Assembly (NCBI GenBank): GCA_002189035.1 | Contig: NEEC01000010.1 | Span: 2,232,001 to 2,296,000 of the forward strand | Direction of reading: 5' to 3' | Length of the DNA: 64,000 nt | Origin: Utricularia gibba | Lineage: Eukaryota > Plantae > Magnoliophyta | Shown: piece after piece, positions 10,846-22,562 of the stretch | Layout of the letters: every line of letters starts with the position of its first letter | Numbering within the stretch: the first letter of the stretch is position 1 | Made by a program: the position numbers and the translations under genes | Notes under the pieces: model-generated | What the model saw: the letters and a program-made list of their open reading frames with translations, nothing else | What the model was told of the DNA's origin: nothing | The model's database searches: none

Positions 10846-12874
10846 ATGCCTGGCGAAGCAGGTCATGCGATTGGCATCGACCTTGGAACTACTTACTCCG
10901 TCGTCGGCGCTTGGCACCAGGGTGGCATCGAGATCATCGCCAATGATCACGGCAGCCGGACGACGCCGTCTGCTGTTGCTTTCACCCAAACTGAAAGGCT
11001 CATTGGTCAAGCTGCTCACAATCAGCTGTCTTCAAATCCAACCAACACCGTGTTTGGTGAGTAATACAGATGGTCTGAACTTGAATTCATCGAAAACCAT
11101 TTGATTCATTTCTCTACCCTGCAATCTCCTCTCACAAACAGATGTTAAGAGGCTGATTGGAAGGAAGTTCTCGGATGAGCTTGTTCAGAAAGATATCAAG
11201 CTATGGCCCTTCAAGGTCATCCGAGGAAGCAACGACAGGCCTATGATTGTTGTGAACTACAAGGGTGAGGAAAAGCTGTTTTCGGCGGAGGAGATATCTT
11301 CCATGGTGTTGACGAAGATGAAGGAGACAGCTGAAAAATATCTTGGGTCAGCTGTGAAACAGGCCGTGATCACTGTTCCGGCATACTTCAACGACTCTCA
11401 ACGCCGTGCAACCATAGATGCTGGTACTATTGCCGGCCTAAATGTCATGCGCATCATAAGTGAGCCAACAGCTGCTGCTTTTGCCTACGCCTTGAACCAA
11501 AATTCTGCCGAAGAAAGAAATATTCTGGTTTTTGATCTCGGTGGTGGCACTTTCGATGTCTCTATTCTTACCACCGATGGAGGGGGCACCTTTGAGGTTA
11601 AGGCTGTCGCCGGTGATACTCACCTTGGAGGTGAAGATTTTAACAACAGAATGGTTGACCATTTCGTGGCGGCGTTCATGAGAAATCACAAAAAAGATAT
11701 GAGCGGAGATTTCAGGTCTCTGAGGAAATTGAGGACCGCTTGTGAGAAAGCGAAGAGGGAGTTGTCATTCACAGCTGAAACCCACATGGAGATTGACAAT
11801 CTGTTCGAGGGTGTTGATTTCTACACACGGTTGACTCGTGCGAAGTTCGAGGAGCTAAACAAGGATTTGTTCAACAAGTGTGTGCAGATAGTGAAAGAGT
11901 GTTTGGAGGATGCGAAGATGGACAAGAAGAGTGTGGATGATGTGGTTCTAGTGGGAGGATCCACCAGGATCCCCAAAGTGAAGCAATTAATGGAGGAATT
12001 TTTCAATAGGAAAGAGCTCTGTAGTAAAGGCATTCACCCTGATGAAGCTGTTGCATATGGTGCTGCTGTTCAGGCTGCCATCTTGAGTGGCGAGGCTACT
12101 AAGAAGATTAAGGATATCGTACTTCTAGACGTCACTCCGCTTTCCCTTGGTGTGGACACCGTGGACTGTTACATGAGTGTGGTGATTCCAAGGAACACCA
12201 CTATTCCCACCAAGAAGGAGCGTGCATACTGTACAAGCAAAGATGACCAAACTACAGTCAACTTTTCGATCTATGAAGGTGAGCGCGCAAACACCAAACA
12301 CAACAACTTGCTGGGTGAATTCACGCTCTTTGGAATTCCTCCGGCTCCAAGTGAGAAAATAAAGTTTAAGGTCTGCTTTGAGATCGATTTTAATGGAATT
12401 CTCAAGGTATCTGCCGTGGAAACAACCACCGGCTTGAGGAATCAAATCACAATCACCAACGACAACGGAAGGCGCTCCGAGGCGGAGATCGAAAGGATGA
12501 TAGAAGAGGCCGAAAGGTTCAAGCTGGAAGATGAGGAGTTCCGGAAGAGGGCAACTGCGAAAAACGATTTGGAGACATACGCTTACAAACTAAGAGACGC
12601 TCTCCTGGAAAATGAGATAGTAGCCATGCTCCCCGCCGCCACTAGGAAGAAGATCGAGGATGCTGTTACCTCCACCATCAACTGGATCGACGACAACCAG
12701 CATGCTCGTACGCGACAGGAATTCGACTCCAAAAAGGCTGAGCTTAAGGAGCAGATTCTCAAAATATGCAGCCCCATCATGGCCGACAACAAAAGTCGCC
12801 TCAAATTGCTCGAACTCTTGAACCTCTTGATGAGGGGAGCAAGTGTGGCAGCTGCGGTCGCAGGATTTTTTTAG
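10846..12874 (+). CDS. HSP70: Cytosolic-type HSP70, atypical copy b, intact, about 647 aa (exons 10846-11056, 11142-12874)
   Basis: Spliced length is 1944 nt and in frame, with all NBD motifs and the interdomain linker DIVLLDV. It ends ...[26 protein letters not shown] with no EEVD. An alternative in-frame ATG is at 10834. Confidence 0.93.
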
Positions 12875-13291
12875 GGCTTGCAGACTCTTTTTTTTACTGC
12901 ATCTTTTGGAAAAAAATTGTTTGCATGTGTTTATTTCTGTGTATATCTTTTTTCCTAATAAACATTAGAAGCGTGTAATGAACACGTGCCACATCAATTT
13001 TCGTGCATCTTTTGTATTTTGGGACTTGGGGGATTTGTGTAAAAATAAATAAAAAAAACAACGTAGTGCCAGGGAATAAATACAACAAGGGAAGGGCCAA
13101 TGGTCAATCCTGTTGTATATCAATGCTTGGCCAGACACCATCCATGAAGTTTCTTTGTATTTACTCGCTCATTCACATATGACAAGGTATAAACCATGAT
13201 CATAAAAACCAGCTTTATAAACACACAAACAGGTCATTTCCGAATATGGAGTTAGTGAAGCACCAGCAACGCTGCTTCTCTTTGCTGGTAA

Positions 13292-14657
13292 TTACAGGTA
13301 CCTGACCAGAAAATATATAACCGTGGCTAAAATGACAATACCGATGACTGAGAGGAGCAGGGATAAGCAGGAGCAGCCGCTCTTTGCTCGATTGTTTAAT
13401 ACTGCAAGCCTTTTCTGCACTCGCTGTTACAATGCCAGAAATAGTTGGGAAGAAGGGAGTCAGTTGGTCGAACAGAATGGAGATAAATTTATGAAACAAT
13501 GCATTTTGTAGTTAGAGACTTCTAGTCTAAGCATGAAGATATGTATGTTCTGAAACAGGAGATAAGTCGAACGACATGGAAAGGTTTGGCAGAAATGAAC
13601 GATGAGATTTAACTGCATGGATTCCCACACACCACCCTTGGTGTATGGTGCGAAAAAAATTGGGAACCCACTGCTTTGAGGCTGGAGTTGCACTTATACA
13701 CGAATGATAACTGGCACGTTAAAGCTTAGGATCATAGAAATTTCAAAAGGAGTTAATCTGCATACAAGTTCCAGCTTGGAAAAAGTTTTCGATCACGTGA
13801 ACACAAAAAGCGTTTTCTATAGGGAGAAAAGTAACCTGCAGTCTTGAGTCAGTGACATCAACATGTTCATCCAGATTTTCCTGCATCACACGATATATAA
13901 TTCATGGATACAACAAATTCAAAATTTCTAGGAAATATAAACATCAGAAAAGCATTCATACGATCAATCTGGTGTGTAGATCAAGCTCTTCATTCACGGC
14001 TAGAGCGATGTGTTTTGTGCTTATGACTGTCTCCTCTAATTTATCAAGATCCTCATCTTGTTCTGAAGAAACAACAATGAACTGTCAAGACGACAACAAA
14101 GGGCGGCAAAATGCAGAGGAGGTTGGAGATAAAACTAGCCTCTCATGATTTGCCTTTGGAGAACGACAATTCCCTGGTTGTCAAGATCCTGTGTTCTAGT
14201 AACAGCATCAATTGGTTTTACTTCTGGGCCAAGCAATCCATCTCGGTCTCCAAAACTGGACATGTTTAACATGGATGCCATCTGGTTTACCTTTGATCTC
14301 AAGTTATTCATCATGTCCTTGCGACGGTTCATTTCCCTCACCGTACTGTTAGTTAGAGCATTTACAGGTTATAAATTCAAATGAGAGAAGGTGCAACATT
14401 GTAGAGATAGATGACTTCCTCAAGAATCGGGATTCTTACATAGACTGCTTTCCTGGAAGCTTGGACAAGAGCACATCTAGGCCATCAAGCTTGGTTCCTA
14501 GTATAGTTATTTTCCTCCTCATTGCGGAAGAATGCCTCTGTGCTTCTGGGCCCATCACTTGCAACGTACTTTTATCACTTATCATACTGCTGATATCATC
14601 TGCAAGTTTGACTGCCTCATTGTACTCCCTCACCCATGAGTCGGACGAAGCTGCCAT
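13292..14657 (-). CDS. SYP51: Syntaxin SYP5 family Qc-SNARE, 233 aa (exons 14657-14440, 14345-14140, 14062-13962, 13880-13836, 13423-13292)
   Basis: MAASSDSWVREYNEAVKLADDI, SNARE core QIMREQDEDLDKLEETVISTKHIALAVNEELDLHTRLI, and a C-terminal TM. The exons sum to 702 nt. Intron 2 has a GC donor. SYP51 versus SYP52 cannot be resolved. Confidence 0.92.
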
Positions 14658-15494
14658 TGTCTTGTAAAACATACAGCTTTTTAGTCAACGTAAATAACCA
14701 TGGTTCCCAAGAACGAGCATATATTCAATGCCTCGGCTGACTGACTGGAGCGCGACAAGAGGTAATTTTAAAATGTAGGCTTCACAACAATCAGAGAATT
14801 AGACTAATGTGATCTCAGACAAAATACGCTGGAAAAACATGAATGTAGTTTAACAAAGAATTTAACTTTGACACCTCAAAGCCACAGAAAATACCTATAA
14901 GTGAATATTACGCTTTCAAATTCCTTTATTTTTCTACTCAATCATCTGAAAAGTTTACGATCCAAGTGTCAAAATTGGAGCATCAATCAGGATATATCAA
15001 GATATGAAAATACAAGAACAAAAGCATCTAGATACCTCCCCGCAAATTTGAACAACGAGGACAGCTTAAATGCGAATGATCGTATGCTTTAACGAACCCT
15101 AAATTGGATTCTATCGAGCAATCCCCTCAAATAGGAAGCACAAAAGTCGTCTTTACGGACGCGCTCCTAAAGATCTGTTGAAGAATCCATCGACGACCAG
15201 GGCAAGACGTACCGCGGCGAAAAGTCGCCGCTGAAATCTAATCACGACGGACGGCGAAGAGTCGTCCTAGTCCAGAGAGTCCCTTTAATTAATTAATTAA
15301 CCTGTAAGAGCAGTAACCAATTTCAGTAACGAAACTATCTTTTATAGCATTCTTATATATGAATTTTTCGAAAAAATATATATATTAAAAAACACCTCAT
15401 CATGAATTTTTATTCTGCTCAAAATCGAGTCAATTTTAAAATAAATTCATCCCTTCTACAGTCATACACTTTTTGGCAATAATCAGATGTGTAT

Positions 15495-15590
15495 GATTAA
15501 TGGGCTTATTTGAGGCCCATCTTTTACATTTTTTGGGCCGATGCTTTGAATTTTAACTGGTAAGCTTGATGGGCTTTATTTGGGCTAGCT
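15495..15590. promoter_or_regulatory. Site II (TGGGCY/GCCCA) cluster in the divergent SYP5/PRP4 promoter
   Basis: Five TGGGCY-type motifs within about 90 bp between the head-to-head genes. Confidence 0.5.
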
Positions 15591-15957
15591 TTTGCATTGT
15601 GGGGGTTCTGGGTAGATGACTCTGTGCACTTGCAGGGAACCAGACGGAGAATAATCGGTTCTTGCTTACCGGGTAGTGGACTTTGCTTCACGGCTGCGTG
15701 TCCTCGACGGCGGCAAGCACAGGTACGGTGTTTGCGTTCACGCGCGAGTTTTCTTAGTGCTTGGTGTTAATCTCCATGAATTTTGGAAGTTGGCTCGGAG
15801 TTCTCTGTGAATTTTTCATTTCTAGTGAGAGAGAGATGCTTGATTTGGTTGTTGAGAATCAGCGAAAACGTTATTTTTTATCCATTTGAATGCTGAATTT
15901 CTGGAACTAAGAGAATGATTTTTATGGGTTTTCGCTTTTGTTGTTCTTGGTAGAAAA

Positions 15958-18095
15958 ATGGGCGTCGATGAGGAAACTCCCGTCGCTAGCTCAGCCGCGC
16001 AGACCTCTGTAACCGTTGATGATGACGCTACTGAAATTGATGCAGTCTCAGCGCCCAGTAGTGATGTTGTCGCTTCTTTTGCTCCAACGCCTGCCGTACC
16101 TCCTCCCATTGCTCCCATACCAGGTGTTCCCCCTCCTGTCCCAAGGCCTTTGGCACCATTGCCTCTTCGGAACCCGGTGGTCAATTCTCCTCTTGTTCGG
16201 AATGGGATATTCGAAGTAGTGACTTCAATTCTGAGCATGAAGAGTCGGTGCCAAGCCGTGCTTCTAAAGGGTCGACGCAGGAATATCATATCTCTGAAGA
16301 GAGCAAACAGGCTAGAGAGAGGAATGAGAAAGCTGTGCAGGAGCTTATGATGAAGCGCCGTGCAGCAGCTTTGGCTGTTCCTACCAATGATAGTGCAGTC
16401 TGTGCTAGGCTTCGGCGTCTTGGTGAACCTATCACTCTCTTTGGGGAGAGGGAGATGGAGAGACGTGATCGGTTGCGGGCCCTTATGGCAAAGCTCGATT
16501 CTGAAGGGCAGCTTGAAAAGCTTATGAAGGCACATGAGGATGAAGAAACGACAGCTTCCGCTTTATCTGAAGAACCTGAAGAACATATACAATACCCCTT
16601 TTACACTGAAGGTTCACAAGCACTACTAGAGGCTCGTAGAGAAATTGCAAAGTATTCGCTTGTAAAGGCTGCAAAGCGCCTTAATCGTGCGAGGCGTAGA
16701 GTAGATGATCCTGATGAGGATTTAGATGCAGAGATAGACTGGGCTCTGAAACATGCTTCAACGCTTGCCCTGGAATGCAGTGAGATCGGTGACGATCGGC
16801 CCCTCTCTGGATGTTCAGTTTCACATGATGGAAAGACTCTTGCAACCTGGTATTTTTTTAGTTTTTTGTTAAAATTGGCAGATACCTTTTTATAGATGTG
16901 ATTGTATGTGTCCACTAACTTGAGATGCAATGTTTTAGCTGTGTTATGTTTTCATATTTGCTGTATGTAACGAGCTATTCTCATTAGCTGATGGGATTCA
17001 TCATCCCCTTGTTTCTAGCTCTTTAACTGGGGTTGCAAAGCTGTGGAGCATGCCTGGGGTAAAGCTAGTTTCTGAGTTGAAGGGGCATACTGAACGAGCT
17101 ACTGATGTTGCATTTTCTCCACTGGGAACCCAACTGGCGACTGCTTCTGCTGATAGAAGTGCAAAACTGTGGAGTACCCAGGGATCAGCTTTGAGAACAT
17201 TTCAGGGGCATCTGGATCGCTTGGCTCGTATTGCATTTCATCCTACAGGGAAATATTTAGGCACAGCAAGCTTTGACAGAACATGGAGATTATGGGATGT
17301 AGAAACAGGTGACGAGTTGCTTCTCCAGGAAGGTCATAGTAGAAGTGTCTATGGAATATGCTTTCATCAGGATGGCTCCTTAGCTGCATCTTGTGGGCTT
17401 GACGCTCTCGCTCGTGTCTGGGATCTGAGATCCGGCAGAAGTATTCTTGTTCTGGAAGGCCATGTCAAGCCTGTAAAATCCCTTTTCTTTAGTTGCTTCT
17501 GTTCTCCACACTCTAGTAGGAAATGCTTACATCTCCCTTTGCTCTCAGGTCCTTGGTCTCGACTTTTCTCCAAACGGTTATCATCTAGCTACCGGTGGCG
17601 AAGATAATTCCTGCAGAATATGGGACTTGAGGAAGAGAAAATGCCTCTCCATAATACCTGCTCATTCCAACCTCATCTCTCAGGTCAAATACGAACCTCA
17701 GGAAGGGTACTTTCTCATTACATCTTCATACGACATGACGGTTAAGGTGTGCATTTATAGCTTTTTTGCCGCAACATCCATTTGGCGATGCTCTTGCCAA
17801 CATGCTGCTCTTTTCATATCCAGATCTGGTCTTCAAGAGATTTCAAGCCTGTGAGGACACTCTCCGGTCATGAGGCCAAAGTTACATCCATAGATGCAAT
17901 GGGAGGTGCGCTCTAATCTCCCAAGGATTCCCAAACTCATCCTCTTAAACTACTGCTGGTTGAAAACTTGTTCATATGCTGATTCTGTATGTTTCCACAG
18001 ATGGGCAATTCATTGCATCCGTCTCACATGATCGGACCATCAAGATCTGGACCAGCAGGCAATCTGAGAAGGAGCAGGAAATGGACGTAGATTAA
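15958..18095 (+). CDS. PRP4: U4/U6 snRNP protein PRP4 (LACHESIS); exons 15958-16849, 17019-17472, 17549-17746, 17824-17905, 18001-18095; apparent -1 frameshift at 16204-16206
   Basis: PRP4 motif KRRAAALAVPTND...RLRRLGEPITLFGE and WD40 repeats (GHLDRLARIAFHP, EGHSRSVYG, SHDRTIKIW). One extra G in the GGG run joins the Pro-rich N-terminus to the main frame. Confidence 0.93.
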
Positions 18096-19110
18096 TGACC
18101 AGAGGAGTGTGTACTCAGCATTCTACACTTGTTTTTTGACTCTCGGAATGCAATGCATGTGCTAACTTGAGTGCTCCTGGAGGAGCAATTCAGCAGATTG
18201 GATTTAGAAGTGAGGCGAGGAGGAGCAGCAGCAGCTGAGACACTGGACTTCTAAAGAAAGTTGTTTACTAACCAGTCTCTTTAGTACCATGTTTTGCATT
18301 ATTAATCAATTAATTAATGCAACTAATTATCTAATTTTTGAAATTGAAACTAACAGAGAATGGATGACATAAGTATGTGTTTGGTAGTAAATGATAATAA
18401 ATACCATGTTAAGATTTATAAAGAATTGATATTGAAATTTAATATTCTTAATTTTAGTGTATGTGAATTATCTCTTAGGTCTTATGGTGAAATTTATATA
18501 TTTCATGATTCATTTGCTATTTTATATTATAAAATAGTAGGGATATAATCATTTTTTATGAATAGATTATTTTTCATGATATTTATAATTTATCAATTAA
18601 ATATATTTTATGATATCTACATAAATATTGATTTGATTTATTTGTTAGTTCAATCAAGATTCACACCGTGAGAAACCATTTTTTTAAATTGTTACCATAT
18701 AAATACTATAAAATATATTGATTTAAATTTACTATATTTATGCAGGAGGTAGAAAAATATTTTATTTTGTTCCCATGGGGTGATATTTGATTTTATTCAA
18801 CTTTAGTAACTTGGATAAAAAATTTCCAAAGTTTTGAACAAAAATCTAAAGTGAATGCCTTTTTGGTAAATATCCGCACAGGTGTTGATTCCGGTTAGGC
18901 AAGGACAAGTCTTGATTTCGATTTCACTCCCTTCGGATCGAAATCATCCTCCGATCGATCCTTCCGCAACTTGGATCTTACAAGTGGTATTGTGCCAGCG
19001 CTTATTCAGTTCTTTTCTTGGGGAACTTTGACGATTTGTGTGGCGAATTACGATTTTTTAGGGGTAAATGTTGTGTGTTGATGTTGGATTCTGATTTTTC
19101 GACAGCGGAA

Positions 19111-20787
19111 ATGAATATGCAGAAATTGCCTTCGTTAGTCGACCTTTGTGTTCAGGTGGCGATAGATAATGTTAGGTTTCTTGGAGATGTTGGGGAAACT
19201 GAAAATCATCTCCTGGATCGCTTTCTGTCCCATTGTACACTCGATCAGTTGAGGCATATCGAGGACAGTACGAGGGTGAGGTTTTTGTTTCGAAATATCT
19301 GATTTTTGTTGGGTTCTTTTTCATTGTTGTGTCAGTAAGTGTGTTCCATTTTCAGGGTAGAGATCTTAGCCCTGTTACTGATAAGTTGTGGAAGAAATTT
19401 TACGAGTCACAGTTTGGAAAGGAGAGCATGAATGCTGTTGTTGGGAGAATGAAGCAGAAAAGAGTCAACATTAAATGGCGGAAATTGTACGAGGTACTTG
19501 TTCGTTTGTCAGTTTGCAAGTCAAGTTGTGAATGTTCCTTGGTAGTTCATGTTGGCTTCGCATTGCCCCAGGCAAAATTGGAGGAGAGGGAGAAGATGAC
19601 AGAAGATTCACTTGCTCGTTTAAAACAACATTATGAGCAAGAGCGTGCTAGTAAGTGTGATTCACTTGCTTCTTCTCTCTCAATTTCATCTTCGCATAAT
19701 TCTTGAAACAGTCGCTTATTAAGATAAAGGTTGTTCAAGACCTTTGCTCACTTTGTTTAGGTGGCCACCAATGACAAAGCATGAAGCAAAAGTTTTTAAG
19801 ACATTAGATAGGTTTTTTTAACGATGTATTGTTGCAGAGAAAATGAGTCGACAAGTTCAGGTTTGCAACAAAGTCCCTCCCAGTGGCTCTAAAAGATACT
19901 TTGGAGGTACCTATGTAACTTGGCTTGTTGAAGGGTCATTTTATGTCTTGAGTAAACGTATTGGATTGACTCAAATGTGATTTCAAATTATATAGGCAGC
20001 CCATATGATACCAAAAGTTCACTGATGAAGAAAGCAAGGCGAGAATTTGTCAACTGGTAAGATCTAGAAGCTATTTACCTTTCTTTTGATGTTTCTCTAC
20101 GTTGATGTTTAATCTTGAAATTTCACCTTTTAAAACTACATGTCCGTGCATTGAATGCTGGTGCACTGATCAGACATAAGAAGGGTTGGTATAAAAAATG
20201 CGAGCGTGTTTGAGTACTGTTGTGGTGGATGCTTTGCCTTCTACCAGAAGACACCTTAACTAACATAGTGAAAGTGGTGTCAAAACCAATAAAAGTCTGC
20301 GTATGTTCTTATTGGTTGTTGCAACCAACTGATGGTTTCTCTTCCCAGACATGGGGAAGGATCCACAGAGAACAATTCATCACTTGACTTTCCGGTGCCC
20401 CACCTGCCATCAGAGTTTTTTTCCTTGGGAAATGGACCATTCTCCATAAGTTTATCACTTAATTTGATGACATCGCCTGCTTTTTCTTATGATGTTTGTT
20501 TTTGTTGGAATAAGTAATTTCTTGCACGTGTGGATGCGATACTGTTGATTGATCGGTCATGATGTTATTCACTTCTCATCTTGAAAACTGTGCATGCATT
20601 CATTGGTTTTTCTTTTTTGTTTGTGATACTTATTGCATCCCTGAGAAACTCTTATAAATGATAATCAACAGGGTTTGCGTATCTCTGACTCCTTACCCCT
20701 TTGGAACTGGTTTTTTACAGCCGTGAGGTGAAAAATCTCGCCAGTCTGAAGAAGAATCCGGTGGTCAGGAACAGCAGCAGGTACTAG
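19111..20787 (+). CDS. Elongin A-like (RNA pol II transcription factor SIII subunit A); exons 19111-19275, 19356-19493, 19572-19650, 19838-19906, 19996-20056, 20721-20787
   Basis: BC-box-like LPSLVDLCVQVAIDN, then DLSPVTDKLWKKFY and WRKLYE. GT-AG junctions are phase-consistent. The true last exon is uncertain. Confidence 0.82.
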
Positions 20788-22562
20788 CCATCCTCAATTC
20801 AAGTACAGTCACCCATATGATTTTATTCTTGGTTAACGCATTCTTACGCTGCCCTTTTCCTTCAAAAGTGTGAAGCCGCCTCCCCCTCCGTCTTCATCAT
20901 CATCATCGTCATTCAAGTATATCAAGCCGCCCCAGAGAAGATTCCACTGACGCTCAGCCCTATTTCTCTCTCTGTATCGGTGCTTATACCATGGATGATT
21001 CAAACACAAGGAACACACTGTGTATACACATACCAGGTGCAAAGCAACCGGTTCAGATGCATGAAAAGCAATTAAGCAGTTGTGGGGTTTCGTTTCCATC
21101 CCTAATGGGACACAAACATTGTCCAAGCCGTGCAACTGAATCTTCTCCCGGGTTTCTTTTGGTCCCAGAGTTGGAATCACGACCATCATGCATCAAATCT
21201 CCTTCCTCGTCCTCGCGAAGGCGCGAGCATTGCTTCATCTCGATCGATCATATGCTGCCTGCTCCATGTCTTAGGAATAGGTGCATTCCATGGCCTACGT
21301 CTCTCGTAAACCGTTTCAGATTTGTTTCACAAATAAATAACAGCTAGTGGTTTTGTAATATGTATATAATCTTAATTTTGTATTAGCCAATCATTGACCA
21401 ATTCAGCCATTTTAGTGGGCCCGTTCAATAATTGCATTTTCCGTGTAGGGTTTGAAGTGATGACGGGGTGGGGTGCGATTAGGGATGTGGATGGATAAGA
21501 TATTATTATTATGATTGAAATCGATAAATTGGAACTGATAATAAATGATTTGGATTCGAATTTAAATTTTTATGAATTGTTTATTTAAAATTGAATTGAT
21601 TATTTTTTTATAAAATTGATTATATTATATATTATATGTTTAAAATAAATACATAGATTATTTAAAGTTAATAATATAAATTTATCATTTATATCTCAAC
21701 AAAAATAAAATACAATTGAAATTTTAGATCATTAATATTTAAAATATAAATATAAATAAAAAAATTTATAAATGGTTACTATTTAAAACCGAAATCAATT
21801 AATAAACGAAAGTAATCATGTGGATAAAAACTGAATAATTCAATATTTAAATGTGTTTGGTTTCAGTTCTTGTTGGTACCGGATCGAACCCAATCTACGA
21901 CCATTTCTTAATGCAACGCTTGAAATTTAAGAAAATTTTTAATTGGGTTCAAAATAGAAATTTGAGGAAATTTCAAGAATATTTTATTTTGAAATAAGAG
22001 ACCAAAACTCGAAATTTAAACATATGACTGTATAGGATAGAGTTTTCAGAGTACTAATTTGTGCTCTTTCACGTCATTGATTCTTACTCTTTGTAAAAAT
22101 TACAAAAACAATCTTCAATGTTTACAAATTGGATATAATTAGTTTTCATTGTTTCAAAATATTGGTAAAATTAATCACTATTGTTTAAAAAAATTGATGC
22201 TCAATAACTTAATACCAATTATTTACATAAATATTTGATATAAATAACCATTATTATAAAAATGATTGACATCAGTAATATTCAATTATTTAAAATTTGT
22301 TAAAATTCATCTTTAATTAAATTTGTTTAGTTTTTGAATAGCATAAATTAATTATTTCCGATGTTCAAATAGCAAAAGAACGCGGAGTCAGAGACCATGG
22401 GACCAAACTTACAAATTACGAATGAGTCTCAGACAGGTTTCCCCATGAAAACTAGACAAGGGAGCGAACTCTTGATGCGTCCAGTCCATATATAGTCAGT
22501 CTCCTCTTCGCTCCTCACCAAGTGAACCAGCTTTCGTGGGTTAAGGGGAAAACACAAGAAGA

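Noticed and set aside
20837-20950. Extra Elongin A exon encoding FKSVKPPPPPSSSSSSSFKYIKPPQRRFH*
   Set aside because: It looks protein-like, but there is no AG acceptor in the required phase. RNA-seq is needed, so it was not included in the model.
20833-21347. ORFs of 118 aa on both strands downstream of Elongin A
   Set aside because: Overlapping antisense ORFs with no recognisable motifs, probably UTR or intergenic.
21865-21910. GGGTTCGATCC T-arm-like motif on the minus strand
   Set aside because: No acceptor stem, D-arm or A-box, so not a tRNA.
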